Of a stretch of DNA of 39,986 bases, positions 35,878-39,986 are shown piece by piece. The notes beneath the pieces were generated by a model. The model saw nothing but the letters and a program-made list of their open reading frames with translations. It searched no databases and was not told the DNA's origin. A program made the translations under genes and the position numbers. Within the stretch, counting starts at the first letter, position 1. Each line of letters starts with the position of its first letter. Source of the DNA: Candidatus Spechtbacterales bacterium (lineage in GTDB: Bacteria; Patescibacteriota; Minisyncoccia; Spechtbacterales; 2-12-FULL-38-22); the NCBI GenBank assembly GCA_040902285.1, contig JBBDXP010000009.1, positions 1 to 39,986 on the forward strand, in the 5' to 3' direction.

Positions 35878-35985
35878 TGCAACTAAAGATATCCCTTTTC
35901 AAAAGCTAAAACAGATTGCGGCCCGCAAGTTATGTACCCCGCCCCATCCACCCCAAGCTTTTGAAAAGGGATATCTTTAGTTGCA
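35878..35985. repeat. 30-bp perfect inverted repeat forming a ~108-nt hairpin
   Basis: tgcaactaaagatatcccttttcaaaagct (35878-35907) pairs with agcttttgaaaagggatatctttagttgca (35956-35985). The 48-nt GC-rich loop contains the nested palindrome ttgcgg-c-ccgcaa. Confidence 0.8.
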
Positions 35986-35996
35986 CTATATAGGGG

Positions 35997-37613
35997 TTGA
36001 TTTTTGGCTTTTTACCATACATAATGGGTGGGATGGAAACTCCCGAACCAGGCCGCGAACATCTATTTGTAGGGCGGGCTTCTGATATAAAAAATAAAAA
36101 AGACAGAATTATCTACAGGTCGCTTGAGATGCTGCCCGGTTTTTTGGTTTGGATAACTTTTCCGCTCGCGCTTATTTTATCTTATTTTAAGCCGGTGTGG
36201 ATAAGCATATTTATCCTGCTCTTTGCTTTTTACTGGCTTTTAAAATCCGTTTATCTTGGGATACACACAAAAAGCGCTTATAACATCATGTTAAGACATG
36301 AAAAGATAAACTGGATAGAAAAGTTAAAAAAATTGCCAAAAGAAAAATATACGGCAAATATTCCTGACTGGAAGGACATGTGGCAATTAGTAATAGTACC
36401 GATGTATAAAGAATCGTATGAAATTATCAGCGCTACGGCAGAAGCGATAGCAGATTCGGACTGGACGAACGAAAAAATAATTTTTGTTTTGGCCACCGAA
36501 AAAAAAGCGGGGGACAAGGCGTACGAAGACGCTTTAAGGGTACAGCAAGATTATTCCGATAAATTTTTTAAGTTTTTAGTTACTCGCCATCCCGAAAATA
36601 TAGAAGGAGAGATAGCGGGTAAGGGTTCCAACGAAACCTGGGCGACCAAAAGAGCCAAAGAAGAGATAATAGACCCTCTGAATATCCCGTACGACAGAAT
36701 TCTTGTATCTTCTCTGGATGCAGACACAATAATATATCCCAGGTATTTTTCATGTCTGACATATCATTTTTTAACCACCTCGGATCCTTACCATGCCAGT
36801 TACCAGCCGATACCTCTTTTTATAAATAATATATGGCAGGCCCCCTCCATATCTCGTGTTAGCGCTTTCTCCTCGACATTTTGGCACACCCTGAGCCAAG
36901 AAAGGCCTGAAAAACAAACAACTTTTTCGTCTCACGCAATGACATTTAAAGCTCTTTTGGATGTCGGGTATTGGCAGACCAATGTGGTTTCCGAGGACTC
37001 ACGGATATTTTTTCAATGTTTTTTGCATTATGGAGGAAATTACCGCGTTATAAGCTTATACTATCCCTTGGCAATGGACGCCAATGTCGCGCACAGCTCC
37101 TGGCAAACGCTTAAAAATGTTTACAAACAGCAAAGAAGGTGGGGTTTCGGGTCCGAAAATATTCCTTATTTTTTGTACGGTTATTACAAAAGCCGCAATA
37201 TTCCTTTTTGGAAATTTTTTCGTTATGCGTTCAATCAGATAGAAAATTTTCATTCATGGGCTACTCATGCCCTGCTGCTTTTTGTTCTCGGATGGATGCC
37301 GCTAATATTGGGCGGAGACGAGTTCAACACAACACTTTTTTCGTACAATATGCTTAGAATGGTAAGAATACTTTTAACTATTGCCATGGTCGGTTTAATT
37401 TTATCCGCTTTTTTGAGTATTCAGCTTTTACCTCCGCGTCCCCCAAAATACGGAAAATGGAAATATGCGATTGTTATTTTGCAGTGGTTTTTAATTCCGG
37501 TAAATCTGATAGTGTTCGGCGCCTTTCCGGCAACAGAAGCTCAAACCCGCCTTATGCTTGGAGGAAAATTTCGGCTCGGATTTTGGGTCACGCCCAAGTT
37601 CAGAAAAGAATAA
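35997..37613 (+). CDS. Family 2 glycosyltransferase, integral membrane (cellulose-synthase-like, QxxRW)
   Basis: Multiple TM helices flank a cytoplasmic GT-A domain with DAD (LDADTIIYP) and QQRRW motifs. The track start is a TTG; an ATG at ~36024 is an alternative. Confidence 0.7.
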   Translation: MIFGFLPYIMGGMETPEPGREHLFVGRASDIKNKKDRIIYRSLEMLPGFLVWITFPLALILSYFKPVWISIFILLFAFYWLLKSVYLGIHTKSAYNIMLRHEKINWIEKLKKLPKEKYTANIPDWKDMWQLVIVPMYKESYEIISATAEAIADSDWTNEKIIFVLATEKKAGDKAYEDALRVQQDYSDKFFKFLVTRHPENIEGEIAGKGSNETWATKRAKEEIIDPLNIPYDRILVSSLDADTIIYPRYFSCLTYHFLTTSDPYHASYQPIPLFINNIWQAPSISRVSAFSSTFWHTLSQERPEKQTTFSSHAMTFKALLDVGYWQTNVVSEDSRIFFQCFLHYGGNYRVISLYYPLAMDANVAHSSWQTLKNVYKQQRRWGFGSENIPYFLYGYYKSRNIPFWKFFRYAFNQIENFHSWATHALLLFVLGWMPLILGGDEFNTTLFSYNMLRMVRILLTIAMVGLILSAFLSIQLLPPRPPKYGKWKYAIVILQWFLIPVNLIVFGAFPATEAQTRLMLGGKFRLGFWVTPKFRKE

Positions 37614-37652
37614 ATCTTTCATGCCTGAAGCTTGTAGAAAAATGCACTTTGA

Positions 37653-39749
37653 TTACTCAAAGTGCATTTTATTTTGTATTTGTTCCACTCTTTCCTTTAG
37701 CTCGGGCCATTTTTTAAGTTTGGGATCTTTTTCCAGCAACGCGTGGGCGCTTTCTCTTGCCTCTTCAATTAGCGCCACATTTGTCAGTGAGGCCATCGCA
37801 AAATCAGGCATACCGCTCTGCCGTGCGCCGTACAGTTCCCCGGCTCCTCTTATGGAAAGGTCGTATTCGGCAAGGTCAAATCCGTTCTGCGCTTTTGTAA
37901 GGGCGCGAACACGATGCAGTGTGTTTTGACTGTTCGAATCGGTCAGTAAAAAACAGTAGGATTGATGTTTATCCCGTCCCACTCTTCCTCTGAATTGGTG
38001 CAACTGTGCAAGGCCGAACCGGTCCGCTCCCTCCACCATCATTATTGTGGCGTTCGGTATATCTATTCCCACTTCCACCACGGAAGTGGAAACAAGCACC
38101 TGTATTTTGTTTTCCTTTACATCCCTCATTATTCTTTCTTTTTCTTCCGCTTTCATTTTGCCGTGAAGAAGGCCTACCGCATAGTCGGAAAAGGGACCTT
38201 TGGATAGTTTTTCGTACTCTTCCTTAGCGCTTTTTGCCTCCAGTTTTTCAGAATACTCAATAAGAGGCACAACAACGAAGGCCTGCCTGCCCTTTTTAAG
38301 TTCGTCTTTAATAAATTCATATGCTGCGGTTCTCTTTTGGGGCGGTACTATTTTTGTGATTACCTTTTTTCTGCCTCCAGGCATTTCCTTTAAAAGTGAT
38401 ATATCCAGGTCTCCATATATTGTGAGCGCCAAGCTTCTCGGTATTGGCGTTGCGGTCATGCTTAAAAAATTGGGAATCAGCTCTTTTTTGCCTGTTCTAC
38501 CTTCTTTTTTGGCAAGTGCCGCTCTTTGCTTGACACCGAATCTGTGTTGTTCATCCACCACTATAAGCCCTAATTTTTTGAATTTAACGCCGTCCTGTGC
38601 CAGGGTGTGGGTTCCTATTATAAAATCTATTTTTCCATCGGATATATGCTTTTTAATTTTTTCCTTAGACAGGTCTTCCTCTTTTCCTTTTAAAAAATAC
38701 CGGCGGTTTCCTCTGGTATAAAGCGCGATACTTATATTTGGATTAAATTCTCCAAAGATTTTCCTCAGATTTAAAAAGTGCTGTTCAGCCAGGATTTCAG
38801 TAGGCGCCATGTACGCTGTTTGGAAGCCGGTTTTAATTGTGTTGAGGGCCGCTATAGCCGCCACTATGGTTTTTCCACTACCCACATCTCCTTCTAAAAG
38901 GCGGTTCATCGGGTTTGGCTTTTCTAAATCTTTTAATATTTGCCAGGATGATTTTTTCTGAGAATCAGTAAGCTTAAAAGGGAGAGAGTTCAAGAATTTT
39001 TTTGTCAATTTAATATCAGATTTAATTTTAGGGGAAATTTCCCTTTGCATGTCCGCCTTTGCCCTAAGAGCCGCAAGCTGGATATAAAAAATTTCTTCAA
39101 ATTCAAACCTTCGCCTTGCCTCCTCGGCCTGTTTTTGATTTCCCGGAAAATGTATCTGTTGAAGAGCGTTTTTAATGGGCGGAAATTTTTTATCGCTTAT
39201 CAAGTGTTTGGGCATCGGATCTTGGACATTTTCAGCATGCGGCAAAAGCTGGTATATAGCGTTGCGTAACCAGCGGGAAGTTATACCTCTTGTTGCCGGA
39301 TATATCGGAACAACCCGCCCTGCGTGCACGGGAGCCCTGTCTGTTCTTTCGGTCTCATAAGTGGGGTTGGACATATAAAGACCCTCTTTTCCCAGAGAAA
39401 CCGTTCCGGCCAAAAGCATGTGGGAAGAATTATTCAGATAGGATTTAATATATGATTGGTTGAACCAAACAACCCGCAGGGAATCTGTCCGATCTTCTAT
39501 GTACGCTTCTACTATTCTTAAATTCTTTCTGTACACCCTTCTTTCAGAAACATGCATTATTTTGCCGCGAACGGTTACGACATCGTCTTTTTTAAGTTCG
39601 CCTATGGGCGATATTTTTGAGTAATCTTCGTATCGCGAGGGAAAATGAAAAAGAAGGTCTTTTGCTTCCTTAATACCCAACTTTTTTAGCCGTTTTGCGT
39701 ATACGGACCCTATTGTTTTTATGTTTTCTACCGGGGTAGAGAGTTCCAT
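37653..39749 (-). CDS. recG: ATP-dependent DNA helicase RecG
   Basis: A wedge/N-terminal domain (…DLLFHFPSRYEDY…) precedes helicase motifs I GDVGSGKT and II DEQHRFG, then …SMTATPIPRSLA… and QLHQFRGRVGR. The track ORF extends 47 codons upstream into a tandem-repeat region; the ATG at 39749 (MELSTPVEN) matches the RecG N-terminus. Confidence 0.85.
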   Translation of the reverse strand: MELSTPVENIKTIGSVYAKRLKKLGIKEAKDLLFHFPSRYEDYSKISPIGELKKDDVVTVRGKIMHVSERRVYRKNLRIVEAYIEDRTDSLRVVWFNQSYIKSYLNNSSHMLLAGTVSLGKEGLYMSNPTYETERTDRAPVHAGRVVPIYPATRGITSRWLRNAIYQLLPHAENVQDPMPKHLISDKKFPPIKNALQQIHFPGNQKQAEEARRRFEFEEIFYIQLAALRAKADMQREISPKIKSDIKLTKKFLNSLPFKLTDSQKKSSWQILKDLEKPNPMNRLLEGDVGSGKTIVAAIAALNTIKTGFQTAYMAPTEILAEQHFLNLRKIFGEFNPNISIALYTRGNRRYFLKGKEEDLSKEKIKKHISDGKIDFIIGTHTLAQDGVKFKKLGLIVVDEQHRFGVKQRAALAKKEGRTGKKELIPNFLSMTATPIPRSLALTIYGDLDISLLKEMPGGRKKVITKIVPPQKRTAAYEFIKDELKKGRQAFVVVPLIEYSEKLEAKSAKEEYEKLSKGPFSDYAVGLLHGKMKAEEKERIMRDVKENKIQVLVSTSVVEVGIDIPNATIMMVEGADRFGLAQLHQFRGRVGRDKHQSYCFLLTDSNSQNTLHRVRALTKAQNGFDLAEYDLSIRGAGELYGARQSGMPDFAMASLTNVALIEEARESAHALLEKDPKLKKWPELKERVEQIQNKMHFE

Positions 39750-39789
39750 TTGAGATTTGTATTGCTTTGCTCCTTTCCTTGCTGCGTAT

Positions 39790-39986
39790 TTATCCGCCTT
39801 CGCAGGCCGGGCGGACGTTATCCTCCTTCGCGAGCTGGGCGGACGTTGTCCGCCGTAGCCCGTTTTGGCGGGCGAATGTCTCCTTCGCAATCTTCTGGCG
39901 GACTGCGTCCGCCGAAGGTCGCTATGGCGACCGAATGTCTCCTTCGCAATCTTCTGGCGGACTGCGTCCGCCGAAGGTCGCTATGG
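39790..39986. repeat. Degenerate tandem direct repeats (~29-bp units grading into two exact 59-bp units) with internal palindromes, truncated by the window edge
   Basis: The unit cgaatgtctccttcgcaatcttctggcggactgcgtccgccgaaggtcgctatggcgac occurs twice back to back (39873-39931 and 39932-window end). Upstream copies are shorter and degenerate (tccttcgcgagctgggcggacgttgtccgcc…). ggcggac-tgc-gtccgcc is palindromic. Confidence 0.75.

Noticed and set aside
26245-37613. Searched for 20S proteasome alpha/beta (prcA/prcB), bpa or pafBC-like genes around the pup cluster
   Set aside because: None of the ORFs in or around the cluster shows the Ntn-hydrolase (TTxxG) signature or a proteasome-subunit-like size. 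The neighbours are tsaD, tRNA-Glu, a GT2 glycosyltransferase and recG.
39790-39986. Possible CRISPR array, given ~29-bp palindromic repeats
   Set aside because: The units are directly adjacent with no unique spacers between them and grade into a 59-bp tandem unit. No cas genes are nearby. A tandem minisatellite is the better description.

Overview
This AT-rich (~40% GC), compact stretch of bacterial chromosome has short, tightly packed or overlapping genes, Rho-independent terminators after most genes, and several small-genome (CPR/Patescibacteria-like) hallmarks. These include TrbC/VirB2-type pilin paralogs, a short ValRS, ribosomal protein L19 with a long C-terminal extension, and a tRNA-Ile(UAU). 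Housekeeping content is: an RluA-family pseudouridine synthase; rplS; a six-gene tRNA cluster (Leu-TAA, Ile-TAT, Phe-GAA, Val-TAC, Gly-GCC) with a pseudo-tRNA/partial-duplicate architecture; trpS; a 3D-domain cell-wall protein; ftsH; rpsA; an MBL-fold hydrolase; gyrA; a SAM methyltransferase; an ABC solute-binding protein; four tandem pilin-like paralogs; an SPFH/band-7 pair; tRNA-Leu(TAG); VanW; Hsp20; PrsW; valS; tsaD; tRNA-Glu plus a pseudo copy; a GT2 glycosyltransferase; and recG.

The main finding is a co-oriented cluster at 26.2-35.8 kb. It encodes a single-module Clp/Hsp100-type AAA+ ATPase, an ARC/Mpa-like AAA ATPase, Dop-like and PafA-like Pup-ligase-family enzymes, and a 65-aa Pup homolog ending ...YKQKGGE. 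These are followed not by 20S proteasome subunits but by an 824-aa Lon-like (S16) protease with no Walker A motif. The ARC and Lon-like genes sit under near-identical promoter/5'UTR modules. This looks like a pupylation system coupled to a Lon-family protease.

Other notable features are a GC-rich (~60%) foreign gene with its own promoter and palindromic operator, MITE-like and hairpin elements in intergenic regions, intact tRNA genes nested inside broken tRNA copies, and a gene-conversion tract between pilin paralogs.
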